Shown here: positions 19,497 to 29,195 of the stretch, piece after piece | How positions within the stretch are numbered: the first letter of the stretch is position 1 | Layout: every line of letters begins with the position of its first letter | Assembly: GCA_963779415.1 (NCBI GenBank) | Contig: CAVZYA010000001.1 | Span: forward strand, 672,001-736,000 | From: an uncultured Acidobacteriota bacterium | GTDB lineage: Bacteria; Acidobacteriota; Thermoanaerobaculia; UBA5066 | DNA: 64,000 nt | Direction of reading: 5' to 3' | Notes under the pieces: model-generated | What the model saw: the letters and a program-made list of their open reading frames with translations, nothing else | What the model was told of the DNA's origin: nothing | The model's database searches: none | Position numbers and translations under genes: made by a program

Positions 19497-19694
19497 GATT
19501 CCGACGATCGAAGGTCTTGCCGCGCCGGCGCACGAGTCGTTCATCCCGATGGAGTCCTTCGCCGAACGCTGGATTGAGGGGAACGGGGTCAAGGCCCGGC
19601 TCGGTGCAGCTCCGCGGCCGGAACGACAAGGCTGTTTGGTCATGGGGTCAGAGCTGTTCGAGTCCCTCCGGCAGGGTGACACCGGGACCAGACT

Positions 19695-21071
19695 TCAGCC
19701 GTTCTCCAGCCCGTAGTGCTTGGTCTTCTCCCAGAGGGTCTTGCGGCTCACGCCCAGAATCTGGGCCGCTTCGCTGCGGCGCCCCTCGGTGCGGGAAAGC
19801 GCCGCCCGGATCGCCTCGATCTCCGCCTGCTCCACGGCCTCCTGAAGGGTCGTCGTCTCCTGCGCCGGAGCACGGCGGGGGGCGGGGCTGGCCGTCCGGA
19901 GATTGGCCGGAAGATCCTCGAGTGCGATCTTCGCTTTCCTGCTGAAGAGCGCGGCCCTCTCGACGACGTTACGAAGCTCCCGGACGTTCCCCGCCCAGTG
20001 GTAGGCGTCGAAAGCTTCCAGAACCCCGTCGGAGAACCCTTCGATCGTCTTCCGGCGCTCACGGCTGAACCCCTCCAGGAACGAGGTGGCCAGAACCGGG
20101 ATGTCCTCCCGTCTCTCGCGCAGCGGGGGGAGATGGATGGTCACCGTGTTGATCCGGAAGAAGAGGTCCTCCCGGAAGAGGCCTTCGGAAATCTCCTCCT
20201 CGAGCGGGCGGAGCGATGCCGCGACGATCCGGACGTTGATGTCGATCGGGCGCTGGGATCCGAGCCGCTCGATCTGCCGCTCCTGGAGGACGCGGAGCAG
20301 CTTCACCTGGAACGAGAGGGGCAGTTCGCCGATCTCGTCGAGAAACAGCGTTCCTCCCGAGGCCGCCTCGAACCGCCCGATCCGACGTTCCGAAGCGCCG
20401 GTGAAGGCCCCCTTCTCGTAACCGAACAGCTCGGACTCCAGGAGCGACTCCGGCAGGGAGGCGCAGCTCACACGGATGTACGGCCGCGTCCGGCGGACCG
20501 AGTTGTAATGGATGGCGGAGGCGACCAGCTCCTTGCCGGTTCCGCTCTCCCCCTGGATCAGGACGCTCGCGTCCGAATCGGCCACGACCTTGATCAGCTC
20601 GAACACCTCGAGCATCCTTTTGCTCTTTCCGATGATGTTGCCGAAGGAGAACCGCTTTTCGAGCTGCTCCTGGAGCCGGATGTTCTGCTCCTTCAGGAGC
20701 CGGAACGAGCAGACGTTGTCCAGCCTCAGGACGAGCTGCACCATCGAGAACGGCTTGGCGATGAAGTCCGCGGCCCCGAGGTGCATCGCCTCCACCGCCG
20801 TCTCGACCGTGCCGTGAGCGGTGATGATGATGACCGTCGTGTCGGCCTGGAGAGCCTTGACGCGCCGGAGCAGCTCGATGCCGTCCATGCGCGGCATCAG
20901 GAGGTCGGTCAGGATGACCTCGTGCCGTTGACGCTCGAACAGCGCGAGGGCCTTCGCGCCGTCCTCCACGACGTCCACCTCCCACCCCTCCTTCCGGAGG
21001 GCGTCGGCGATCGTGACCCGGAGGATCGGTTCGTCCTCGACGACGAGGAGCCGGTGCCCGCAAGGCCTCAT
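19695..21071 (-). CDS. Sigma54-dependent response regulator (NtrC/AtoC family)
   Basis: Receiver (VVEDE, DLLMP), GESGTGKE, GAFTGA, LFLDEIG, WAGNVREL, Fis-type HTH; start MRPCGH at 21071. Confidence 0.93.
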   Translation of the reverse strand: MRPCGHRLLVVEDEPILRVTIADALRKEGWEVDVVEDGAKALALFERQRHEVILTDLLMPRMDGIELLRRVKALQADTTVIIITAHGTVETAVEAMHLGAADFIAKPFSMVQLVLRLDNVCSFRLLKEQNIRLQEQLEKRFSFGNIIGKSKRMLEVFELIKVVADSDASVLIQGESGTGKELVASAIHYNSVRRTRPYIRVSCASLPESLLESELFGYEKGAFTGASERRIGRFEAASGGTLFLDEIGELPLSFQVKLLRVLQERQIERLGSQRPIDINVRIVAASLRPLEEEISEGLFREDLFFRINTVTIHLPPLRERREDIPVLATSFLEGFSRERRKTIEGFSDGVLEAFDAYHWAGNVRELRNVVERAALFSRKAKIALEDLPANLRTASPAPRRAPAQETTTLQEAVEQAEIEAIRAALSRTEGRRSEAAQILGVSRKTLWEKTKHYGLENG

Positions 21072-22543
21072 GACCCCGCCTCCCCGTTCTCCCGGGGCGG
21101 GCTCTGGGGGAGGCTGACCCGGAACGTGGATCCCTTCCCCATCTGACTTTCCACGGAAAGCGTCCCTCCATGAGCCGCCACGATGTTGTAGCTTACCGAG
21201 AGTCCCAGACCGGTCCCCTTTCCCACCTCGCGGGTGGAGAAAAAGGGATCGAAGATCCGGTCCTGGATCTCCTCGGGAATGCCCGCCCCGGTGTCGGCCA
21301 CCTCCGCCACCACGCGTCCGCCCGCGATGCGCGTCCGGAAAGTCAGCCACCCCCCTTTCGGCATCGCCTCGATGGCGTTCAGGACCAGGTTCAGGAAGAG
21401 CTGCTCCATCTGAAAGTGGTCCACGAGGACGATCGGCTCGACCGGTGACAGGTCGAACTCCACCTCGACGTTGTTCTTCCGGAGCTGATACTGGACCAGC
21501 TCGGCCACGTGGTGGAGGTTGTGGTTTAGGGAGGTCGGCTCGGGACGTATGGCGCCGGGCCGCGAGAAGTCGAGGAGATTTAGGACTGTGTGCTCGATCC
21601 GCCGGATCCCGTCCTGCACCAGATCGAGATACCGTTCGCGCATCTCGGTATCTCCCGGGTTCGCGCGGATCGTCTCGAGACAGGTGAGGATGCCGGCCAG
21701 CGGGTTGTTCACCTCGTGGGCCACGCCGGCGGCGAGGGTCCCGACGGCGACCATCTTCTCCGTGTGCGCGAGCTGGACTCGCCGCACCTCCTCCCGCCCC
21801 CGGGCCCGCTCGAGCTCCTCCATCGTCCGGTTGAAGGCGGCCGCCAGCTCGCCCACCTCGTCCCAGCGCCTGACCGTGGCCCGGGCCTTGAGATCCCCGT
21901 GCTCCGCTTTCGAGATGGTGTTGTGCAGATTGAGGATGGGCCGGATCAGCGTCTCGACGTAGACGGCCGTGAGGATGGAGTTCCCGAGCATGAGAAGGAG
22001 CGCGACCAGCCCGGCGCGCTTGGCGATGGCGCGGGCCTCCTGCTCGACGGGGGTGAGGGAGAACCCCATGGCGAGGGAGCCCCAGAAGCGCGTCGAGATG
22101 GCGAGGGGGGTCCGGACCTCGAGGATCCGCTCTCCCTCCGGGGAGGTCTGCGGCACCACGACGGACGGCTTGCCGATCGCCGTCCGGTCGAGGGCGCCGG
22201 CGTACCGCCGTCCGATCAGGTTCCAGAGGTTGGAATGGACCACCACGCCGTCGGTATCGGCAATGACGACATACCGGACGAGGTCCCTGTTTCGCTCGAG
22301 AAGCCCGCTGACGTAGTTCTCGATCAGCCCTTCCTCCGTCACGAGCCCCAGCTCCTCGTACATCAGGGCGTCGGTGACCGGGACGGCGAAGGTCTCGGTG
22401 AGGGTAAGCCCGCGGCCGACGATCTCCCGGTAGCGGGTCTGCCGTTCGTGGACGACCGACAGCAGGGTCACGAGCCCCATAGTCACTACGATGAGGGTGT
22501 TGGAGTAGAGGAAGAACTTGGTCCGGATGCCGAGGAGTCGCAT
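21068..22543 (-). CDS. HAMP-containing sensor histidine kinase
   Basis: Start MRLLGI; [37 protein letters not shown]. Confidence 0.9.
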   Translation of the reverse strand: MRLLGIRTKFFLYSNTLIVVTMGLVTLLSVVHERQTRYREIVGRGLTLTETFAVPVTDALMYEELGLVTEEGLIENYVSGLLERNRDLVRYVVIADTDGVVVHSNLWNLIGRRYAGALDRTAIGKPSVVVPQTSPEGERILEVRTPLAISTRFWGSLAMGFSLTPVEQEARAIAKRAGLVALLLMLGNSILTAVYVETLIRPILNLHNTISKAEHGDLKARATVRRWDEVGELAAAFNRTMEELERARGREEVRRVQLAHTEKMVAVGTLAAGVAHEVNNPLAGILTCLETIRANPGDTEMRERYLDLVQDGIRRIEHTVLNLLDFSRPGAIRPEPTSLNHNLHHVAELVQYQLRKNNVEVEFDLSPVEPIVLVDHFQMEQLFLNLVLNAIEAMPKGGWLTFRTRIAGGRVVAEVADTGAGIPEEIQDRIFDPFFSTREVGKGTGLGLSVSYNIVAAHGGTLSVESQMGKGSTFRVSLPQSPPRENGEAGS

Positions 22544-22545
22544 CG

Positions 22546-23445
22546 TCACTTCTGCCCGGGGCGACACTCCAGGAGAGCTTCGGGAGCGGTCAGGGCGGAA
22601 GGGCCGAAGAGCTTCACCGCGAGACGGCGGACGGGATCGTAATCCGAGTCGGACGCCGGGAGAAAACCTCCGGCCAGCTCTTCGTCCCACCCACGGATCC
22701 TCTCCGCCGTCGCGGGATCCTTGCCCGGGCCGAGGACGAGGGCGCGGATCAGCTCCTCCTGGAGTGCCGGATCGCTCCCGGGCGCGACCGCGATCAGGAA
22801 TCCCGGAATCTCCTCCGTGCGCGCCAGAATCCGGAGGCCCCGCCGCGTGTACTTCACACCGACGTTCTCCCTGATTCCGCAGGCGTCCACCTCTCCGCGC
22901 AGGACGGCGCGGGCCGCCTCCTCCTGATGCGCGTAGTGACGGCAGGCGACGTCGACGCCCGGGCGGAGTCCGGCGTCCACGAGAGTCGCGCGTGCCTCGA
23001 GGTAGGACGCCGAGGCCATCGGCGGGCCGAAGCCGATCCTTTTTCCGGCCAGATCCGGGAGGTTCTTCAGCGGACTGTCGGCCCGCACCATGATCAGGCC
23101 GCGATACGTCGGCTTCCCGCCGGTCACGAGCTTGACGACCGGGAGCACCTTGCAGGCCGCCTGGGCCCGTGCGTAAGCGAAGGGGCCGAGCCAGGCGCCC
23201 GTCAGCTTCCCGGAGCAGAGGTCCCGAACGAGGCGCTCGTACGAGGGGACGACCACGAGGTTCCACGGAGTTCCGGTGGCGCCCGTCAGGTAGTCCACCA
23301 GGGGCTGGTACTTGAGATACATCAAGCGGGGGTTGTAGACACTCACGACACCCAGACCCAGAGAGGGCGGCGGAGCCGGCGAGGCCGCGGCTCGAAGGCC
23401 CGCCAGGGCGAGGATCAGACCACCGGCGGTCTTCAGCCCCGTCAT
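22546..23445 (-). CDS. PhnD-like periplasmic oxyanion-binding protein
   Basis: Signal peptide; YQPLVDYL, WLGPFAY, YRGLIMVRADS...DLAGKRIGFG..SASY; no ABC permease adjacent. Confidence 0.8.
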   Translation of the reverse strand: MTGLKTAGGLILALAGLRAAASPAPPPSLGLGVVSVYNPRLMYLKYQPLVDYLTGATGTPWNLVVVPSYERLVRDLCSGKLTGAWLGPFAYARAQAACKVLPVVKLVTGGKPTYRGLIMVRADSPLKNLPDLAGKRIGFGPPMASASYLEARATLVDAGLRPGVDVACRHYAHQEEAARAVLRGEVDACGIRENVGVKYTRRGLRILARTEEIPGFLIAVAPGSDPALQEELIRALVLGPGKDPATAERIRGWDEELAGGFLPASDSDYDPVRRLAVKLFGPSALTAPEALLECRPGQK

Positions 23446-25193
23446 CTTCCGTCTCCGAGGGCGGCGATCAGCGCGGCCCGGCTCCCCTCTCCGCTCACTT
23501 CCACCACCCGGCTCCAGCCGATCTCCCGCGCACGGCACGCGGCCTCACGTCCGAGGCACCATGCCACGACTTCCCCGCTCCAGGCTCCCTTCTCTGCGGC
23601 CAGCGCATCCACTTCCCTCCGGCTCCTGAGAAGACAGCCCGTCAGCGGGAGCGCGGCCGCTGCCGTTCGGGCCGCTCTCGTCAGCGGCAGGGGCACCTCG
23701 ATGACCTCGGCGCCAGCCACCTCCAGAGCATCGCGCAGGTCGCCCGCCGGCGACGCGACCAGAATCCGGTGACCGAAGAGCGGGCGGCCGGAGAACCAAT
23801 CGAGATGCGCGGCATGGCGGACCGCGTGTCCGATGACGAAGAGGGCCGGCGGCCGGATTCCGGCGGCCTCAGCCGCCCCCGGAAGATCGCGGAGCGGCGC
23901 GCGGACGACCTTCTGGGCCGGCGTCGTCCCCCGTTCGACGATCGCGGCGGGCACGTCGGGGTCCATTCCGGCCGCGAGGAGGCTCGCCGTGACGTTCTTC
24001 AGCGCCGAGACTCCCATGAAGCCGACGAGAGTCGCCGAAGGGTCGCGGGCGAGCAGATCCCAGTGCACCTGCGGCCCGCCTTTCTTGATGCTCTCGTGCG
24101 CCGTGACCAGGGTGACGCGAACGGCCTCGTCCCGGAAGGTCACGGGAATCCCGGCGTAGATCGGAACGGCGATTCCCGCCGTCACGCCGGGGACGATCTC
24201 GAAGGGGATTCCTGCCCGGGAGAGCGACTCGGCTTCTTCGCCTCCCCGCCCGAAGATGCAGGGATCGCCCCCCTTGAAGCGAACCACGCGCTTTCCTTCA
24301 CGGGCCCGGCGGATCAGCAGCGCCTCGATCTCTTCCTGCGGCACCGGGTGATTCCCCGCCTCCTTCCCGACGGGGCAGAGTTCCACGGAAGCGGGCAGAT
24401 CCGAGGGGAGAGCCGGCTCGGCGAGGCGGTCGTAGACCACCACGTCGGCGGCCAGCGTCCGTTGCCGGCCCCTCACGGTCAGGAGGCCCGGGTCCCCGGG
24501 ACCGGCGCCCACGAGGGAGACGAGACCGACGCCCGCCGGGAGCGGATCGATGGTCGCCGGCGAGGGCACTTCCGCGCCGGCGAGCAGGGCGCTCTCCTCT
24601 TCCGTGGAAGGAATGCGGACCGCCAGCGTCTCCGGATCGACCGTGGCAGCGAAGAATCGATCGAAAATCCTCTCCCGGTCCGGCCCCTCTGTCGTCAAGG
24701 AACGCACCCTCTCCCGGAATCGCCCCGAGGCCGAGATCCAGTCCGCCCATGCGGCCGGGAACCGCCGTTCCAGGAGCTGGCGAAGCCGCCGGACGGCGAA
24801 CGGCGCCGTCCCCTCGGAGGTCACGGCCACCTGTAGAGAGCCGCGCGTCACGCGCGCGGGCATCTGAAATGTGCAGAGGTCGGGGTCGTCGGCCACGTTG
24901 ACCCAGATCCCCGCTCCCCCGGCGTCCTCGGCCACGCGGCGGTTCGTTCCGACATCGTCGGTGGCCGCGAAGACGAGGGAGTATCTGGCGGCCTCCTTGT
25001 CGAGGTATTTCCGGCGTTCGAGGACCAGCTCTCCCCGGGAGGCGAGGAGCTCCAGCTCCGGGACGGGGGAAGGTGCCACCACCGTGACACGGGAGCCGGA
25101 CTCGAGAAGCGTCTCGGCCTTGCGCCTGGCCACCTCACCGCCGCCAACGACGAGGCACGCACGGCCCTTGAGGTCGAGCACGACGGGAAGCAT
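23442..25193 (-). CDS. cysG: Siroheme synthase (dehydrogenase/ferrochelatase + uroporphyrinogen-III methyltransferase) with short HemD-like tail
   Basis: LVVGGGEVARRK, VNVADDP, VGAGPGDPGLLTVRG, RFKGGDPCIFGRGGEE. Confidence 0.88.
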   Translation of the reverse strand: MLPVVLDLKGRACLVVGGGEVARRKAETLLESGSRVTVVAPSPVPELELLASRGELVLERRKYLDKEAARYSLVFAATDDVGTNRRVAEDAGGAGIWVNVADDPDLCTFQMPARVTRGSLQVAVTSEGTAPFAVRRLRQLLERRFPAAWADWISASGRFRERVRSLTTEGPDRERIFDRFFAATVDPETLAVRIPSTEEESALLAGAEVPSPATIDPLPAGVGLVSLVGAGPGDPGLLTVRGRQRTLAADVVVYDRLAEPALPSDLPASVELCPVGKEAGNHPVPQEEIEALLIRRAREGKRVVRFKGGDPCIFGRGGEEAESLSRAGIPFEIVPGVTAGIAVPIYAGIPVTFRDEAVRVTLVTAHESIKKGGPQVHWDLLARDPSATLVGFMGVSALKNVTASLLAAGMDPDVPAAIVERGTTPAQKVVRAPLRDLPGAAEAAGIRPPALFVIGHAVRHAAHLDWFSGRPLFGHRILVASPAGDLRDALEVAGAEVIEVPLPLTRAARTAAAALPLTGCLLRSRREVDALAAEKGAWSGEVVAWCLGREAACRAREIGWSRVVEVSGEGSRAALIAALGDGR

Positions 25194-25230
25194 CACGGTT
25201 TCCGGGGGGCCGACCCCATTCGGCGTGATG

Positions 25231-26301
25231 TTACAGGAACGTAGCCGAGGCACGGCCGGCCGACGACGGGAAGCCGCGCCTCGCCTCGCCTGTCGTTGGC
25301 CCTCTTCGAGCCTCGGCCCACGACAGCCAGTCGACCAGCTCCTCCTCCACGATCCTGCGGGCCTCTTCTTCCGCGGCGCGCCGCCGCTCCGCGTCCCGGG
25401 GAAGGTGACGGGCAAGGTCCTCCAAATCGGCGAGGACGAGGCCCTCGGGGCGGTTTTCGGGCTCCTCGACCCCGCGCGGGACAGCAAGGTCCACGACCAC
25501 GATCGAGCGCCTCGTCGCCGCGAGCCAGGCCCCGGCGAGCACCGGCTCTGCGGCGTGGCAGGCACAGATGACCCCATCCGCCTCCTCGAGCGCCATGGCC
25601 CGCCACGCCCAGGGGATGGCTTCGCCCCCGGCTTCGGCCGCCAGCGTCTCCGCCCGAGAGAACGTCCGGTTCGCCACGAGAAGGCGGCCCACGCCGCGCT
25701 CTCCGAGCCGCGACACGGCAACGTGGCCCATCTCCCCTGCTCCGAGGACCAGAATGCACTTCTTCGAGAACCCGTTCAGACGGTCCGCGAGAAAGGTCAC
25801 GCCGCACTCGGCAAGGGAGCGGGCGCCCCCCTTCAGCGAGGTCTCCGCCCGGGCGCGCTTGCCGGCCCGGAAGGCGGCGTGGAAGAGCCTATGGAGGAGG
25901 ACGCCGGCCTCTCGCGCGTCACAGGCGCGCCGATACGCTTCGCGCACCTGCCCCAGAATCTGGTCCTCTCCGAGGACGGCCGACTCGAGCCCCGCGGCGA
26001 CGCGCAGGAGGTGCCGGCCGGCGTCCGCATTCTCCCGGACCGAAAGGTACGGGTTGAGGGCGGCGAACTCGGCGGGGGAAAGGCCGAGCCAGCTCCGCCA
26101 GATCTCGATCGTCCCCGGGATTCCGGCTCCTTCCGTGTAGAGCTCCAGACGATGGCAGGTGCCGACCCGGACGAGACCCTCGGAAATCAGGTTCATGGAG
26201 GGGAGAGGATCGACGCGCCGTCCGAGGAGTCGCTCCAGGACGGGGAGCGGCGTCCGCCGGTGCTCGACACCCATTTGCACGACGCAAAGAGCCGGCCTCA
26301 T
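25231..26301 (-). CDS. hemA: Glutamyl-tRNA reductase (C-terminally short)
   Basis: TCHRLELY, AGLESAVLGEDQILGQVREAY, GAGEMG, VDLAVPRGVE. Confidence 0.88.
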   Translation of the reverse strand: MRPALCVVQMGVEHRRTPLPVLERLLGRRVDPLPSMNLISEGLVRVGTCHRLELYTEGAGIPGTIEIWRSWLGLSPAEFAALNPYLSVRENADAGRHLLRVAAGLESAVLGEDQILGQVREAYRRACDAREAGVLLHRLFHAAFRAGKRARAETSLKGGARSLAECGVTFLADRLNGFSKKCILVLGAGEMGHVAVSRLGERGVGRLLVANRTFSRAETLAAEAGGEAIPWAWRAMALEEADGVICACHAAEPVLAGAWLAATRRSIVVVDLAVPRGVEEPENRPEGLVLADLEDLARHLPRDAERRRAAEEEARRIVEEELVDWLSWAEARRGPTTGEARRGFPSSAGRASATFL

Positions 26302-27971
26302 CGGGAATTCTCCATTCCCATGAGAGCCCTGAACCGTAACCCCCCGGCAAGATAGCTCGCGGAAGAGCCGGTGGCCCGGAGCAGCCGGACCGCCTCTGCG
26401 GAGCGTCCCCCGCGTTCGCAGACCGCGAGCCACGGGCCCTCCTCGGGAAGCGGGAGAGCGGCACGGAGCTCCTCGAGCGGCGTCTCCCGGGCGGAACCGG
26501 GGAGCGGGCGCTCGTTCCGTTCGCTCCCGTGACGCACGTCGAGGAGCCGAAGCCCCTGCACGGATTCGCCGGGGCTCCTCGCGACGACTCCCTCTTCCTG
26601 GTTCTCCGCCGCGAAAGCCGCGACGGCGAGCGGATCGATGGCCGGGGCGAATGGCGGAGCGTAAGCCTGTTCCACGTCCGCAACGTCCTTCAGCGTCGCG
26701 CCTCGGGCGACGAGCGCCGTCGCCACGTCGACCCGCTTGGCCACCTCCCCCTCTCCGACGGCCTGGACACCGAGGACCCGTCTCGATTCGGCCTCGTACA
26801 CCAGATGAACCACGATCTCCTTCGCCTCGGGCCAGTAGTGGGCCCGGTCGTGGGCGGTCACCCAGACCGAGCGCGCCCGAATCCCGCGCCCCGTCGCGGC
26901 CGTTCGGGTCAGGCCGGTTGCCGCCACGTTGAGGTCGAAGATCTTCACCGCGGCAGCGCCCGCGGCCCCGGGGAAGGTGTCGTCCCGGCCGGCGAGAATG
27001 TTCGCAAGAGTACGTCCCTGACGGTTTGCCAGAGAGCCGAATGGGAGGTAGGCCGGCTCGCCGCCGGGAAGCCGCCTCACCTCCACGCAGTCGCCGGCCG
27101 CCCAGACGTGCGGGACGGACGTGGCGAGGCGCGGATCCACGCGGATGGCACCGGTCGTGCCGAGAGCGGCTCCCGCCGACCGGGCGAGGTCCACGGCCGG
27201 CTGCACGCCGACCGCGACGACGGCGAGATCGGCCGTGAAGCGTTCGTTCCCGGCCGTCACGTTGGCCCGCGTCTCGTCGACTCCAATGGCCTCGATCGGC
27301 GTGCCGGTGCGCAGGTCGACCCCGTTTCGCCTCAGGGTGGCGGCGACGACCGCGCCGATTTCCGGATCGAGGAAGCCGGCGAGGGGGAAGGCGGCCGCCT
27401 CCAGGAGCGCGACCTCGACCCCCCAGAGGGCGCGGAAAGCTTCCGCGAGTTCGCACCCGACGAGGCCGGCACCGACGATCACCACCCGGGAGATCTCCCC
27501 TCTTGCCAGCGCCGCGTGAAGAGGGGCGAGGTCCTCCGCGGCGTGAAACGACGAGACGCGGGGATGGCGTGGCTGACCCGGCAGACGGCGGGCACGGGCT
27601 CCGGTGGCCAGGACGAGGTCATCCCACTCGAGATCCTCGCGCGCCGCTCCCGGTCCCTCGCAAACGAGCCGATGGGCGCCGACGTCGACGGCGGTGGCCC
27701 GGCGGCCCGGGAGAACCCGGACCCCTTTTATGGAGGCGAAGTACGCCGTGTCGCGGAGAGCGCCGTCGCTCGTCGTTCGGAGCGCTTCCGCGGCGCCGAC
27801 GTCGCCCGAGAGGACGTACGGAAGGCCGCAGGCCGCCACCGAGAAGAGTTCCCGCTCCTCGACGACGGTGATCCGCCACCCGGGGCGGAGGCGGGCGAGG
27901 CGGGAGGCGCACCGAAGGCCGGCCGCCGAAGCGCCCACGATCACGACCCGGCAATGTCCGTCCGCGTGCAA
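26298..27971 (-). CDS. CoA-disulfide/persulfide reductase-rhodanese fusion (Npsr/CoADR-RHD-like)
   Basis: GASAAG FAD motif, SVAACGLPY single redox Cys, GAGLVG, AYAPPF, C-terminal LLDVR...VCERGGRS rhodanese. Confidence 0.82.
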   Translation of the reverse strand: MHADGHCRVVIVGASAAGLRCASRLARLRPGWRITVVEERELFSVAACGLPYVLSGDVGAAEALRTTSDGALRDTAYFASIKGVRVLPGRRATAVDVGAHRLVCEGPGAAREDLEWDDLVLATGARARRLPGQPRHPRVSSFHAAEDLAPLHAALARGEISRVVIVGAGLVGCELAEAFRALWGVEVALLEAAAFPLAGFLDPEIGAVVAATLRRNGVDLRTGTPIEAIGVDETRANVTAGNERFTADLAVVAVGVQPAVDLARSAGAALGTTGAIRVDPRLATSVPHVWAAGDCVEVRRLPGGEPAYLPFGSLANRQGRTLANILAGRDDTFPGAAGAAAVKIFDLNVAATGLTRTAATGRGIRARSVWVTAHDRAHYWPEAKEIVVHLVYEAESRRVLGVQAVGEGEVAKRVDVATALVARGATLKDVADVEQAYAPPFAPAIDPLAVAAFAAENQEEGVVARSPGESVQGLRLLDVRHGSERNERPLPGSARETPLEELRAALPLPEEGPWLAVCERGGRSAEAVRLLRATGSSASYLAGGLRFRALMGMENSR

Positions 27972-28030
27972 CTTTCGTCTCTCCCGTCAGGAACCGGCGA
28001 AGCGCCGGACCGCCACGACGGCTGTGGATC

Positions 28031-29188
28031 TCACGCCGCCACTTGCCCCCGGAGGGAGAGCGCGATCTTGTAGAAGAGCGTGATCAACAGGAGTCCCGTC
28101 GCGTAGATGCCGACCGAGATCAGGAGCTCCGGGGCGGTCGGAACGTAGGTCGTCACTTTGCCGAGCGGGGACGGAACGAATCCGGTCACGACCATCCCGA
28201 GCCCCTTATCGATCCAGATCGAAAGGAAGACCGCGACGCACGCGACCGCGAGCGTCTTTTCCCGGCGCCGCGTCCGCGGGTTGATCAGGAGGACGAGAGC
28301 CGTCGCGGCGAGCGCTTCGGCCGCCCACATCCAGGGAACGAGCGTCGTCTTTCCGTTCAGTCCCAGGAAGAGGAACTCGAAGTGCTCGATCTCCTCGGGA
28401 ATGCCGCTGTAGAGGGCGGTGAAGAGCTCCATCAGGACGAAGAAGACGTTGATCGACATGGCGTACGTCGCGATGAGCGCCAGCTTCTGGATCGGCTCGC
28501 TGCCGGCATCGAATTTGGTGATCCGGCGCAGGATGAGGCACATCAGGATCAGGAGGGCGGGGCCGGAGGAGAACGCCGAGGCGAGGAAGCGCGGCGCCAG
28601 GATCGCGGTGAGCCAGAAGGGGCGTGCGGCGAGGCCGGAGTAGAGAAACGCCGTCACCGTGTGGATGGAGATCGCCCACGGGATGGAGAGAATGATGACC
28701 GGCCTGATCCAACCGGGAGGTTTGATCCCCTTCCGCTCGGCGTCCAGCGTCACGTGCGAGATCAGGACGTTGAGGACGAGGTAGCCCGAGAGGGAGATCA
28801 TGTCCCAGAACATGAGGGAGTGGGGCGTCGGGTAGAGGAGCATGTTGACCACCCGCGTCGGCTGCCCCATGTCGACGAAGATGAAGAGCATGCACATGGT
28901 CACCGCGGCGATCGCGAGAAATTCGCCGAGGATCGTGATCTTGCCGAAGGCCTTCCAGTCGTGAAGGTAATACGGCAGGACGACCATCACCGCCGAGGCC
29001 GCCACGCCGACGAGGAAGGTGAACTGGGCGATGTAGAGGCCCCAGGTGACGTCGCGGGAGAGGCCCGTGATGCCGAGGCCGACGGCGAACTGGCGCAGGT
29101 AGAAGACGAACCCGAGGGCGATCAGTCCCAGAAGGAGCGCCACCCAGCGCCAGTAGTTCTTCCCTCCGATCAGTGCTTTCTCGAGCAT
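28031..29188 (-). CDS. dsrP: DsrP, NrfD/PsrC-family membrane subunit
   Basis: WGLYIAQFTFLVGVAASAVMVVLPYY, SIPWAISIHTVTAF. Confidence 0.93.
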   Translation of the reverse strand: MLEKALIGGKNYWRWVALLLGLIALGFVFYLRQFAVGLGITGLSRDVTWGLYIAQFTFLVGVAASAVMVVLPYYLHDWKAFGKITILGEFLAIAAVTMCMLFIFVDMGQPTRVVNMLLYPTPHSLMFWDMISLSGYLVLNVLISHVTLDAERKGIKPPGWIRPVIILSIPWAISIHTVTAFLYSGLAARPFWLTAILAPRFLASAFSSGPALLILMCLILRRITKFDAGSEPIQKLALIATYAMSINVFFVLMELFTALYSGIPEEIEHFEFLFLGLNGKTTLVPWMWAAEALAATALVLLINPRTRRREKTLAVACVAVFLSIWIDKGLGMVVTGFVPSPLGKVTTYVPTAPELLISVGIYATGLLLITLFYKIALSLRGQVAA

Positions 29189-29195
29189 GCGCGCC

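Noticed and set aside
22546-23445. Phosphonate ABC transporter
   Set aside because: No phnC/phnE-like ATPase or permease; the gene is coupled to a histidine kinase
25230-25245. GTTAC-N6-GTAGC at the hemA/cysG boundary
   Set aside because: Overlaps the hemA stop codon and no sigma54 element was found nearby; may be chance
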